Shown here one piece after another: positions 16,277-34,340 of a DNA stretch of 64,000 bases (positions are counted from its first letter, which is position 1; every line of letters starts with the position of its first letter). The DNA comes from the human T2T-CHM13v2.0 reference genome, Homo sapiens. Made by a program: the position numbers and the translations under genes. The notes under the pieces were generated by a model, which was given only the letters and a program-made list of their open reading frames with translations, had not been told where the DNA came from and did not search any database. The DNA is taken from the NCBI RefSeq assembly GCF_009914755.1, contig NC_060935.1; one strand, 5' to 3'.

Positions 16277-16944
16277 TGGCTTAGTTTGTTCATCTATAGT
16301 CACATGAAGTGCATTGCTATGTGTGGTTAAATATAGTTTAATTATTGTCAAGAACATTCCAGAAGACATGAAGTTGAAGAAAAGAAGTTCTACAATGGTG
16401 ATGTGTTATTAAAAATGATTTCTTTCAGCCTAATAAAACTAAACCTGGAATAGCTATAATTTCTTCACTAAATTATTAACTCTGCAATGATAAATAGCTG
16501 GTTCCTTTTTAATACAAACATTTTTAAAAGACACTTTTATTCCATGGTAACTTGTGTTATTGTTTCTTCCTAACAGTCACACTTCATTTTTCAGATGAGA
16601 TATCCTGTTTCTAACTTTCTCTTCCTTATTAAGGAAACTTTTTGCCTAAAGAAACTTTGTGATAATTATTTTTTATGTGCTTTTGAAAAATATTTTATGG
16701 TGTTATTATTACAAAATAAATTCCTGTCCATTATAAAAACACATATAAGGAAAACCTGGATATGACCATGCATACTATTTTGTTCTTTATCATTCCACAC
16801 CTAAACATATGTTTATACTATATTTATACATTTAAAAAATATGTTTAAAATATACTAAAAAATGGAACTGATAATTCAATACATAGTATTTTACAAATTG
16901 AATTTTAACTTATATTATGATCTTTTTTCATTGTAAATTTTTCT

Positions 16945-18058
16945 CTTTTTTTGAGGAAAAATACATATAACATAAAATTTAATGTCTTAATCATTTTTAA
17001 GTGTACAGTTCAGTGGTATTAAGTACATTCGTATGCTTGTACAACCATCACCACCATCAATCTCCAGAACACTTTCCTTCTTGCAGAACTGAAGCTGTAT
17101 GCCCATTAAACAATAATTCTCTATTGCCCCTTCCCCCAAAGGCCCTGGAAACTATCATTCTACTTTCCATCTCTATGAATGTTATACTCTAAGTACCTCA
17201 CGTAAGTGGAGTCATGCAGTGCTTGTCTTTTTGTAACTGGCTTATTTCACTGAGCCTAAGGTCCTCAAGTTTTATCCAGAATTTTCTTCCTTTTTATGGC
17301 TAACATTCCATTGTGTATATATACCACATTTTGTTTATCTGTTCATCTGTCAGTGGACACTTGTGTGCCTCCACATTTTAGCTCCCGGGAATAATGCTGC
17401 TATGAACATGAGTGTAAAACTGTGTCTTTGAGACCCTGCTTTCAATTCTTTTGCGTACTTTCCCAGAAGTGGAATCGCTGCATCATATGATAATTCTGCT
17501 TTTATTTCTTGGAGAACCACTGTACTGTTTTCCACAACTGCTATACAATTTTCCCTCGAAGTGTGCACAGAGGTTCCAATTTCTTCATATATTCACCCAC
17601 ACTTATTCTCAGCTTTTAAAAATAGAAGCCATCTTAGGGGATGTGAGTGAGGCAGTATCTTGTTGTGGTTTTGATTTGCATTTCTCTAATGATTAGTGAT
17701 GTTGAGCATGTTTTAATGTGCTTATCGATCATTTGTATATATTCTTTGTAGAAACTTCTATTTAAGTTCTTTGCCCATTTTTAAATCAAAATTTTTTTGT
17801 TGTCAAATTTTAGGAGGTCTCTATATATGCTCTATATTAATTCCTTATCATATATATGATTTGCAAATATTTTCTCCCATTCTTTGGGTTGCCTTTTTAT
17901 TCTGTTGAGAGTGTTTTTTGATGCACAAAATTCTTACATTTTCATGAAGTCCAGTATGTGCATTTTGTTGTTGTTGTCTGGGCTTTTGGTGTCCTATCCA
18001 ATAAATCATTGTCAAATCCAATATCATGAAGCACTTGCCCTGTGCTTTCTTCTCAGAA
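16945..18058 (-). mobile_element. Old L1MB-type 3' end
   Basis: TTTTAAGTGTACAGTTCAGTGGTATTAAGTACATTC 3'UTR motif followed by degenerate ORF2 C-terminal sequence. Confidence 0.8.
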
Positions 18059-21935
<3,877 letters not shown>

Positions 21936-22127
21936 TTCAAAGAACCCTGTCAGTGCCTCAGCAAAAAGAAAAGCCTGAGTGAAATTTCAATGATCCCTTT
22001 TCATTTTGATTAGAAACAGAAAGAAGTTCTTCAATCCGCTAGTGAATGAAATCAAAAATTCCTCTTTGCCAAAGGAATCACCTGAAATTTCTTTTATGTA
22101 AAAATTAAAAGAAAATATAAACTAATT

Positions 22128-22418
22128 GTTTGTTTTTTTTAATTTTTAAGGTCAGGGTACATGTGCAGGTTTGTTACGTAGGTAAACTTGCATCACAAGT
22201 ATTTATTGTACAGATTATTTCATCAGCCAGGTGATAAGCCGAGTATCCTTTAGTTATTTTTCTTGATCCTCTCCCTTCTCCCACCCTCCATCAGGGTGTG
22301 TTGTTCCCCTCTATGGGTCCATGTGTTCTCATCATTTAGCTCCCACTTATAAGTGAGAACATGTGGTATTTGGTGTTCTGTCCCTGTGTTAGTTTGCTAA
22401 GGATAATGGCCTCCAGTT
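22128..22418 (-). mobile_element. Short 3' end of an older L1PA
   Basis: T-rich tail, GGTACATGTGCAGGTTTGTTAC, CTCCCACTTATAAGTGAGAACATG. Confidence 0.85.
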
Positions 22419-22768
22419 TACGGAAAATGACCAGAAACATCAGAAAGTTCATGGTGACAGGTATATAGAACTCTGAATTACTGCTTTTTAATTTATGCTT
22501 CTTCATTTTCTTCATAGGTAAATGTTGGTTTCTCCAAGGAACTTCAATAAGACTTTGTTTGTGGTAGCTCTTTTATGCCACCTGAAATTATTTTTAAAAA
22601 GCTTTACTGAGTTATAAATGATACACAGATAACTACACATATTTAATGTGTACAATTGGTTGAGTTTAGACATAAGTAAACACCCATGATATCAACACCA
22701 CAATCAAGGTAATAGAAATATCTAACACCACCCAGGGTTTCCCTGTGTTCCTTTATTTTTGTTTTTAA

Positions 22769-23241
<473 letters not shown>

Positions 23242-24769
23242 TTTTTTTGTATTCTTATAGGTGGTCTCTGTGCCAAGGATCAGCATGAAGTATAAACTTA
23301 AGGTCTTCTCAGGTCTTTTCTGAGCCTGAGCCTACCCTAGAGCATGCATGATGGCTTTCTGATTTCCCTTGTATATGCAGTTGTCTGTTAAGGTTGTGTC
23401 TTCAGTGTCTGGTCCCAAAAGGGGAAAAAGAGAAAAATGAAGGAGGAAAAAGTGCTGGCCGTTTAAATCCCCTGGAAGTTATTTCAGTCAGTTGGGGAGA
23501 GCTTGCAACAGTGAGGGAGATGCAAAAACAATGGCCATAACCTCTTTGTGTGATCAGAAGCAGCAATCTGGAGATCAGAGCACAAATACCTAATAATTGC
23601 AGGACAGGGTCCTGTTCGTCCACCCTGGCTCTCAAAGTTGTATGAAAGTTGTATTATATAAAGCTGCTCCAGGAACAGGTGCACAATTACCTGCCACTGG
23701 GCTTAGAGTGGGGGATGGGTAGCCGCTACTGTATTAAGAGCTGAAATTCACCAAAATTCACTACAATTTACTATCTAAGCTGTCCCCTGGAAGATGGAAG
23801 CCTTGCATTGACTCCAGAGTTCTAACATAGTTACATCAGACAGATTCTTCCAGTGCAATTGTCATCTAGGTGAGGAGCTAGATTTCTGGTAGTTCCAACT
23901 CTGCCATCTTCCTAGAATCCTCACCTGTGGTTCTTTTTAAAGTTCTCTTTTTCCTTAATTTCTTAGGCATTGATCTAATTATGTACTGTGGATAACTCAA
24001 TTTTCTGTATTTTGGGAGTGACTTGAATGATTTAATAATTTGAATATAACCTTAATGGAAGTTTATGTTAGTGAAGCTTTCATTTAATTTCCGAAATAAC
24101 TGTTTTTACACATATATATATATCCAATTCCATTAAGAAGCTGACAATCTAGAGTGGACTCCTTAATTAAACAGAAGATTGTTAATTCAATGAGGTAAGT
24201 GATGAATGTGAGGGGTAAAATGTTAGTTACCGAGGCAGCTCTTAAGAGGAGCATCTAAGCAGGTTTAGGTGAGTGTGAGATCAGTGAAGGTATTCTGGAC
24301 GTCAAGACATATAGACTGAGAGGTGAAGAACTCCAGAAGTAGCCAGGTGAAGAGAAGTGGCTCCTTTTATATCAGTTTTAAACTCTGTAAGCTAGGTTGT
24401 TTCCCTTGTAGAGCCCCAATGAGTGATTCTGATAACACACGTTTTCCTTCATATCCTTGCTTTTCATAATAGAATTGGTAGCATTCGTAAATTTACTCCA
24501 GGGTGAAACAAAATATTTTGACATGTAAAGGATTCTAAAATCATAAAAGATTATCAACAAATAGTATCTTTTTAGTTGATCGTTCAATTTTAGAACTAGA
24601 AGGATCGTAAGTCTTGCTTTATAAAGGAAGGGAATTAAAATAAATGATGATCCGTAGCTAAGAGAAGAAAGCCCAAGTCCTCCCTACTAGTTAGAGCATA
24701 ATTAGGATCAAAACAGAACTTCAGACATAGTTCAATATTTTTTCTGTTTCATATGATTATTTTTACATT

Positions 24770-24807
24770 AACAACAACAACAACAACTTAACAACAACAA
24801 CAACAAC
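24770..24807. repeat. Interrupted (AAC)n microsatellite
   Basis: (AAC)6 TT (AAC)6. Confidence 0.9.
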
Positions 24808-25347
24808 GATGTGAGAACAGCTGTGGTTAGCTTCACACTAGGTTGGCACTGGGAGAAAAAAATAATTAACTTACTTTTTTATATACCACTTCAGTCACCT
24901 TTGATCTGGTCTTCATTCTGCATTGTTGGACTCTATTTTTCTGGAAAGTTTCATGGCAAAAATGGTGAATAACACCAACAAGGAGAGGAATACTACTACA
25001 TTCTATTTTTTCCCTTTATAGTTAGATTCATTTGTTTTTGTGCTAGCATGGCCAAAAAATAATTTATTGGAAGAACATTAGAATGCTTTATGAAATCCTA
25101 AAGAAACCAATGAACAACCAGGGCGTGGGAAAGAAAAGTTTTACAGTATTTCTGGGATCTTCAGCAGCTTATTTGAAATATAGGGATCTTTCCTGTGGGA
25201 TCTCACCACAAGCGAGACTCAGCTCAGAGCTCCCAGTCTCTAGGCCTCTCTATTCACTGTGGTTACTTTGTGGGGTCTATGTGCATACAAGGGCTTGCTC
25301 TGTTCAGGATGGTGTCTTTCAGGTTAGAACAGGGCCTGGAAAATGGT

Positions 25348-26115
<768 letters not shown>

Positions 26116-26668
26116 ATGGTAAACCATCAGTACATATTGAATGAGTAAGTGAATGGAATTCCACAATTCCCTATGGAGAAAGCACCTGGTTGGTCCTGCC
26201 TGGGTCAGGTGTCTGCCCCTGCTCCCAACAGCTGCGGCAGGAGTTGGGATAGTATACAGCTGGCATGAAGGCCTGCTATAGGTCAGGATACTCCTTAGGG
26301 AAGAAAGACTGTCAGAGAAGGGGGCTGATGACTTGAAAGTGAGTTATTTATGTTTGTTCTTAAGAGACTGACAGGCAACCAACAGTTCTGGAGAATTGGC
26401 ATTTAAAATAAGAACAGATTGTTGTATAAACTTTGGTGTCTTTTCATGTACTGTATCTAAACTTGGTATTCCAATTAGCACATTTCCAAGAAATAAAATA
26501 TCATCTATTGTAGGATGAACAATTTCTTTGTGTGCCATTAAAAAAGAAGAGATGTTAAAGAAGTAGAGTCTGATAGGAAACACTGACATGAAGCTCAGAC
26601 ACCAATGACTAATCTTGTGGTACAAAGATAAATGAGAAATAAACCTGCTACACCAAAAATACAGCAAG

Positions 26669-26885
26669 GCCCAGCCTGGCCAGCATGGCGAAACCCCATC
26701 TCTACTAAAAATACAAAAATTAGCCTGGCGTGGTGGTACACGCCTGTTAGCCTAGCTACTCAGGAGGCTGAGGCAGGAGAATTGCTTGAACCCAGGAGGC
26801 AGAGGTTGCCCTGAGTCGAGATCATGCCACTGCACTCCAGTCTGGGCAACAGAGCAAGACTGTGTTTAAAAAACAAACAAACGAA
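26669..26885 (+). mobile_element. 5'-truncated AluS
   Basis: Linker plus right arm with AAAC tail; flanked by CAGCAAGG. Confidence 0.88.
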
Positions 26886-28107
26886 AACCCAGCAAGGACA
26901 AATGACTATGTCAATTGTAGTTTGAGGAACTGGAGGAAAAAACATCATAATGCCTTAATGTATGAATGCTAAGCTGGCACTCCTACAGGTTTGCTGATGG
27001 AATTCACACAAACAGTGTGGCCTAAACAATCTCAAGCAAATGATTTAATATCAAGTGATGTCAGGTTGATAGAGCCCCATATGTTTGGCATAAACAAAAC
27101 CAAATCCTCTTCAGGAGAACTGCCAGCAGCTATTGTAAGATGCCATCTTATTTTAGCAGTGTAAACATGTACAAATGTATGTTTTACAATCTGTGAAATT
27201 GGCAATGTGCTGAATAATTGTGGAAATTCACCCATTTCTCCAGCATCCTAAATTCACAGATTAACCATAGAATAAAAGTGGGTTTTGAGAGGGTGAGGAG
27301 AGTTTAGCTAGGCAATGATAAAAGGAGAAATATATGGAAATCAGAAAAGATTTAATCTCCTGGCACATCAAAGATGATTTCGTCTCCTGGAACAGCAATC
27401 ACAGAAAGACTAGTTTATAATTTTAGCAGCCCTAAAGTATTTTAAATTCAGCCTTAAGAAAATGCATAAATTGGATGATATTTGTCTTGGTCATTTCCAT
27501 GTAAGATCTTTTTGTCTTTTCTGCCCCATTCAGAGAATCATAATTTCATCCCATTCATGTGGCCTCAGGAGAGGATCAGTATCAGTTATTTTCTTCTTGG
27601 TATAAATTTGTGTTTATATATTACTTCTTTCCTTTTTTTTTTTTCAAAAATGTGTTTGCAATTGTGGAATAAATTTTCAGGCATTTGCTTAGAAGTGGAG
27701 GAAGCATTGGATATCAAAGTCTCTCCTTAGCACACCTGTAATTATACCATATGAGCAACACTCTTGCCTTCCTCTTTCTTGTTTCCTCACATTTTTTATA
27801 AATAAAATATCTCAAAATGTCAACAGTAATTATTTCTGTTTGATTTTAAATTATTTTATTTTTCCTCTTTGTATGCATTTTTATTTTCAAAAATTTTCCC
27901 ATGGACATATATTGCATTTATTTAATTTTTAATAAAAACAACACTTTTATATAAATTAGAAAATGAAACCCACAGGGAAAAGTGTTCCCAGAAGGAAAAG
28001 CAACTTCTCTTTTTCCTTCCCCCACCAGAAGTAATACATTTTCTTTTATTTTTAGTTGTCTAAAAATAGTTACCTCCATGTTATTGAATAATATGCTTAC
28101 ATCACTA

Positions 28108-28282
28108 TTTCTTTTCTTTCTTTCTCTTTTTTTAGACAGGAGCTCATTCTGTCACCCAGGCTAGATTGCTATGGTGGGATGACGGCTCACTGCAGCCTCC
28201 TTGACCTCATGGGCTCAAGTGATCCTCCCACTAAAGCCGCCCAAGTAGCTGGGACTACAGTGCGTGCCACCATGCCAGGCTA

Positions 28283-28328
<46 letters not shown>

Positions 28329-28391
28329 ATCTATCTATCTACCTACCTATCTATCTATCATCTATCATCTACCTATATGTATCTATCTATC

Positions 28392-28439
<48 letters not shown>

Positions 28440-29017
28440 GGTCAGTTTGTTTTTTGAGACAGGTTCTTGCTCTATACCTCAGGCTGGAGTGCAGTGGTGC
28501 GATCTTGACTCACTGCAACCTCTGCCTCCCAGGTTCAAGCGATTCTCCTGCCTCAGCCTCCTGAGTAGCTAGGATTACAGGCACCTGCCACCATGCCCAG
28601 CTAATTTTTGTATTTTTAGTAGAGATGGTGTTTCGCCATGTGGGCCAGGCTGGTCTTGAACTCCTGACCTCAAGTGATCCACCTGCCTTGGCTTCCCAAA
28701 CTGCTGGGATTACAGGCGTGAGCCACCACACGTGGCCATAATTTTTAAATTTTATGTAGAGATGTGGTTTCACCACGTTGCCATGTTGGTCCTGCGTGGG
28801 TCAGGTGTCTGCCCCTGCTCCAAACAGCTGTGACAGGAGATGGGATAGTACACAGTTGGCATGAAGGCCTGCTATAGGTCAGACATACTTATTAGAGAAG
28901 AAAGACTGTTAGAGAAGGGAACTGATGACTTGGAAATGAGTCCCCGGCTCAAGTGATTCTCCCGCTTTGACCTCCCAAAGTTCTGGGATTACAGTCATGG
29001 GCCACCACACCCAGCCT
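28108..29017 (-). mobile_element. Composite: AluJ split by a (TATC)n tract, a nested AluS (about 28445-28737) and a 157-bp templated insertion (28785-28941)
   Basis: AluJ right arm 28130-28282, left arm resumes at about 28738 and again at 28942; flanked by TSD-like ATCACTATTTC. Confidence 0.85.
28285..28439. repeat. Compound (TATC/TACC)n tetranucleotide STR (GATA type)
   Basis: Directly visible tandem TCTA units with interruptions. Confidence 0.95.
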
Positions 29018-30040
29018 ATATCACTATTTCTTTATCAGTGTTAGGTGTTCTCTACTCAGAGAATTTGCTCACTAGTTCTACTCTCTGCTGTCCTTCCTTT
29101 CTGTCCCAATTTTGAGAGTTATATCATTATTGGTTTTGCTTGTAACTTTACATGATCTATGTAAATCTTTGCTTCTTGTTCCATTAGTTTCAGGGGCATC
29201 TCTCCATTCCCCACCCTGTAATAGGAGGCTCTCAAAGCCTCTGGCATTCTCTGCATCTCTCCCTTCCCTTCACCTCCCAACTTCCCATATTGTTACATTT
29301 TCATGATTGATACAACTTTTTCATTCTCTATCCATCATTAAATTGCCTGAGCTTTATCAGTGTGCTCATTATGAATACTAAACAACCAATAAAGAGCATT
29401 TAAATTAATCACCGTGTCAACATTATTCAGCTCAGGGCTGAGCAGTGAGCTACAACCATACTTCTTCTCTCTGGTTCCGACATGACCCCTGCCTCTCACA
29501 GGAGAATTTTCCCTTCAGTTCAAATGTGCTATCCTTTCTCCAACTTCTCTGATTACTCTTTGAGTAATTACTCTGATTACTCTTTGAGAATTACTCCTGT
29601 CACGTTTGAGTTTGTGGCCTTATATTTGGATCATGATTTTTATTATAATTCCTCATTTTCCCTTGGATATCTGATTGTCATTTTTCTCCATTGGGAGATG
29701 AAGTTTATGTCCCTTCACCACAGCCTATATATTTTACAGATTTTCACTCACCATTTCATATATTGTTTAGTAGCTATTTCATTTTTTCTTAAAAACCATC
29801 TTTTTTTTTTAGGTCCCATTGACTTACTGTTGTAATTTGGACTGGTTGCTTTCTAGCCCTGGAGCACAGCTATCACTCAGAGATTCTTTTTCCATCATTT
29901 CCCTATCTCACATCATCTTTCTTGGATTTCATCCTTTGTGTTTGCAATATATTTTAAATTAGTTATCTCAGAAAATGTACACAAGGGATAGACTTTCTGA
30001 ACTCTTGTCGTACAAGTTGAGTTTATGTTGGCTTCACACT

Positions 30041-30483
30041 TATATCAGTTTTATAGGGCTGACATAAAGAGGTACCATAAATTGTATGGCTTAAAATAAG
30101 TCTCACAGTTCCGAAGGTGAGGTCAAAAGTAAGGTGTCAGCCAAGTTGGTATCTGAGGGAGAATCTGTTCCATGTCTCTCTCCTAGCTTTGGGTGGTTGC
30201 CAGCAGTCCTTGGCGTTCTTTGGCTTGTAGTTGCATCACTCCAGCTTCTGCCTCTGTTACTGCCTGGCGTTTTCCTTGTGTGTCTCTGTGTTCTTCTGTC
30301 TTTACATGGCTTTCTTAGGACAACAGTCATTGGATTTAGGGCCCACTCCACTTCAGTATGGCCTCATTTTAACTTGATTACCTCTGCAAACACCCCATTT
30401 CTAAATAAGGTCCCATTTTCACAGGTACAAGGGATAAGCACTTCGACTTGTCTTTTTGGGGACACAATTCAACCCACAACCAC
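30041..30483 (-). mobile_element. MLT1-type MaLR LTR
   Basis: GAGGGAGAATCTGTTCCATGTCTCTCTCCTAGCTT, CATTGGATTTAGGGCCCAC, ..CAATTCAACCCACAAC. Confidence 0.8.
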
Positions 30484-30862
30484 ACTGGATAGATGGTTTG
30501 GCTGGGTATATATAGAATTCTAGGAAAAAAATAACTCATCCTCAGGGTTTTGAAGACCTTAATTCAGTCTAGCTTAGAATCATTTTTGCTGATGAGAAAT
30601 CTGATGTCAGTTTAATTCTATTTTGTTGGAGTCCTTTTTTTTTTTTAAAAAAAATCTTGGGGCATGGTTAAAATCTCTTTATTCTTGGTGTTCTAAAATT
30701 TTAACGTGATGTTGGCTCTTTCGTTTGAAGATTCGTTTTTCTCCAAACCATTCACCCTTCTCAAGACTGGAAAATGTCCAATTATTTCTTTGATAATTTT
30801 CTTTTCTTTATTTTGTCTATTCTTTATTTTGTCTATTCTTCATTTTTGGAAATCTTATTGGC

Positions 30863-31497
30863 TGTTGTAGCAGACAAGGTTCAATGAGAGGAGCAGAACC
30901 ACTAAGAATGATGTAAAATAAGGGACTTATAGGGATTTATACTCATACCGTTGTGGGAGCTGGTAAAACGATCTTGATTTGGCTGTTTCTTCTGCATCTG
31001 GTGCTGAACTTGAAGTTACAGGACAGGTGTTAGCAGTTAAAAGATAGAAGTAAAGTGGGGAGAGCAGGACACCTGGGACCTGTGAAATGAGTAACAAGCT
31101 GGAACTTTTCTCCTTCTATCACAGGTGCTTGTGATGGCTTCTCCCTGTTGCTAGGTCTCTAACCTTGCTTCTGTGTGTGCCCCATAGAAGATACTAGTAT
31201 TATTGTGTGGATCCACACTCAGGCCTAACTCAGGAGTTGGAGAAGTTGAAGGAAGAGATAATGTGGGAGCTGGAGCCCTGGGCCTGCAGTGTTTTGTGCT
31301 CACAATGTGAATGAGCAGAACCACGAAATTGTGCATGAGCTGCAACAGCACCAGACTCATATCAACCTTGGTAGAGCAAGTATTACTTTACTTCCATGGT
31401 CCAAATTCCATGTAGATTTTTCTTGTGGCCAGCCCTAACAAGAAACATAGAGAAAGGAATTCTGGGAAATAAAGTTTAGCTTAGTTAAGTTGACATA
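30863..31497. mobile_element. Old ERVL-class (MLT2-like) LTR remnant
   Basis: GCAGAACCACTAAG..TTGTGGGAGCTGGT and GGAATTCTGGGAAAT..GTTAAGTTGACA motifs. Confidence 0.5.
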
Positions 31498-31703
31498 TTT
31501 CAAAGCTGACAGAGTTGGGTATTGGACCTCCTGAATTGATCTTTTCTTCTTCCTTTTTCTGTCCTATTTTCCATTTTTTTGTCTTTCAGCTCTTCATTCT
31601 GAGTGGCTTTCTTTATCTTCCAACTCTTTTACATTATACTTCTCTCTTGACAATCATAAATTCAATTTTCAAAAGTTTCAGCTTATTCTCTGATAATTTT
31701 TAA

Positions 31704-32033
<330 letters not shown>

Positions 32034-32212
32034 TTACTGTTTTTTATGTGTGTAATGTCGTCCCAAATTTCTGTGAGAATGTCCTATTTTTTTTTTCTCA
32101 TACCTCTTCTATTCTGTAAATTATTTCTGTTTTTTCTGGGGTGAATTTTTTTGGTATCACCACCTTTTTCAATGAGTTGTTATTTTGTTCCCAATCTCAT
32201 TTAAATAAGGGG

Positions 32213-32630
32213 TGTGGAGACTAAAGCAATTCCATCTTGGATGTTAATCCACCATGTTATCTTGTCATTAACCCCAGTTCTGTGAAGGCTTCCAAGATTT
32301 CCGGCTTATTTATTGTTCCTTGTGTAAGAGAAGGTACTTACCATAAATTTCTGGTCAAAACAACCTTGACGTTACTGTGCTATGGTTGTCCTACCTGTCC
32401 CTTCTGAAGCATGTATACCCTTTCCCTATGGCATGTGAGTACTGGTTCTGCGGGTAATGGTGCAGGAATCCACCCTCTCGTCTTATGGCTGCCCAAGATA
32501 AGGCTTCTGTTTGTAAGTCACTATTAAATGTTTCTTTCTGAGAAACTGGATTTGTCAGCCTCTTTCTTCAGCCCCACAGCTTCCTCAGCCTTTGTGGGTA
32601 GATTTGCCTAGACCTGTCCACCACAGAACA
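32213..32630 (+). mobile_element. Solo LTR (LTR47-like)
   Basis: TG...CA termini; TGTGGAGACTAAAGCAATTCCATCTTGGATG start; ATTAAA near 32523. Confidence 0.65.
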
Positions 32631-33341
32631 ATGCAACAAGAAAGCTGACTAGGAGCCTGGTGTCCATGGATGTTCTTGTTCACTCGTACATTTAAGTTAG
32701 GATGAGCAGATGGATGGAGCCTTCCCTATTCCCAGCCTCAAAGCCAAAATATGGTTATTTTGTTCAGAGGCACAGAACCCAATTTAAATGTCCTGTTCTC
32801 TCTCAATTTTTTTAAAAAACTTGTTTAGCAAAGAACCCTTTGATATTTTGCCTGGAAGTGAACATCTGGCTCTCTGCCATTTTTGTTAAAGGGATGAAAT
32901 GAAGTTAATTGTCTTATACACATGTACTCATACACAGTTAATCGCCTAATACCATTTTTCACCCTGCCTTCATTAAACCTTCTAACTGAGATTTCAAAGC
33001 CTCTGAGGAGTTGGACAATTTTAACTCCCATTTTCACTGTAGGCCTCTTTGTACATCCTAGGCTGAGGCTGGTATGTTTTGTCTATTAGCTGTATTAGAT
33101 CTTACAGAAATTAATTGAAATCCCTTGTCCATTGCAGACCTCCTCCTGCTCTGTTTTATTCCTTCACTACTGCTTAAAAGAAATCTTTGAAGGGAGGGAA
33201 GACAAATTCATGTGCTAAGACCTCTTTCTTAAACTGGAGTTTATTGACTTTAAAACCAGAAAAATAACAAGTAATTTACAAAATACACCCAAGTCTTATG
33301 GACTTCTATAAATACATAGTACCCTGGCTTTGGAATACAGA

Positions 33342-33634
33342 TTTTTTTCTTTTAAGACAGGGTGTCGCTCTATCACCTAGGCTGGAGTGCAGTGGCGTGA
33401 TCTCAGTTCATTGTAACCTCTGCCTCCTGGGCTCAAGTGATCCTCATGCCTTAGTCTCCCAAGTAGCTGAGATTACAGGTGCCTGCCATCACACCTGGCT
33501 AATTTTTGTATCTTTAGTAGAAAGGGGGTTTTGCCATGTTGGCCAGGCTGGTCTTGAACTCCTGACCTCAAATGATCCACCTGTCTTAGCCTCCCAAAGT
33601 GTTGTGATTACAGGCGTTAGCCACGTGCCCAGCT
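33342..33634 (-). mobile_element. Alu (S/J)
   Basis: Reverse dimer. Confidence 0.9.
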
Positions 33635-33836
33635 GGAATTCAGGTGTTTTTTATTTCTTAAAATATGACAATCTTTTCCTCAAATAAGTGTCAAAAACAG
33701 GCAATGTCACCTTAATCTTTTACTGGTTTTCCTTTCTCATGGGATGGTACAGAATTAGAGTATGATAGGGTCCTGGGTGAAAATGGTAGAAGGGATACTA
33801 AGTATAATACAATGAAATAGTTTATTCTCTTTAGCT

Positions 33837-34340
33837 CAGTGGTTCTCAACTGGGGGCTATTTTTCCTCTTAGAGGATATTTGGTACTGTTTGAAGACTTT
33901 TTTGGTTGAGAGAACTGAGGATATTCTATTGGCATCAGTGCATAGAGGCCAGGGTTAACTGTAAGCATTCTTTTTTTTTCTTTTGAGACAGGGTCGTGCT
34001 CTGTTGCCCAGGCTGGAGTGCAGTGGTACAGTCATGCCTCACTGCAGCCCTGACCTCCTGGGCTCAAGCAACCCTCCCACCTCAGCCTTCCAAGTAGCTG
34101 GGAGCCCAGGTACGTACAACCACGCCTGGCTAATTGTCAAATTTTTTGTAGAGATAGGGTTTTGCTATGTTGCCCAGGCTGGTCTTTAATATCTGGGCTC
34201 ACACAATCTGCTCACCTTAGCCTCCCACAATGCTGGGATCATAGGCATGAGCCACTATGTCTGGCCTAGTATTCTTAATACATAGGACACAACAAAGAAT
34301 TATATAGTCAAAAATGCAAATAGTGCTGAGGTTAAGGACT
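33837..34340. mobile_element. MER20 hAT element interrupted by a reverse AluJ (about 33969-34267)
   Basis: CAGTGGTTCTCAACTGGGGG start, ..AATAGTGCTGAGGTTAAG end; Alu flanked by AG(C/T)ATTCTT. Confidence 0.75.
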
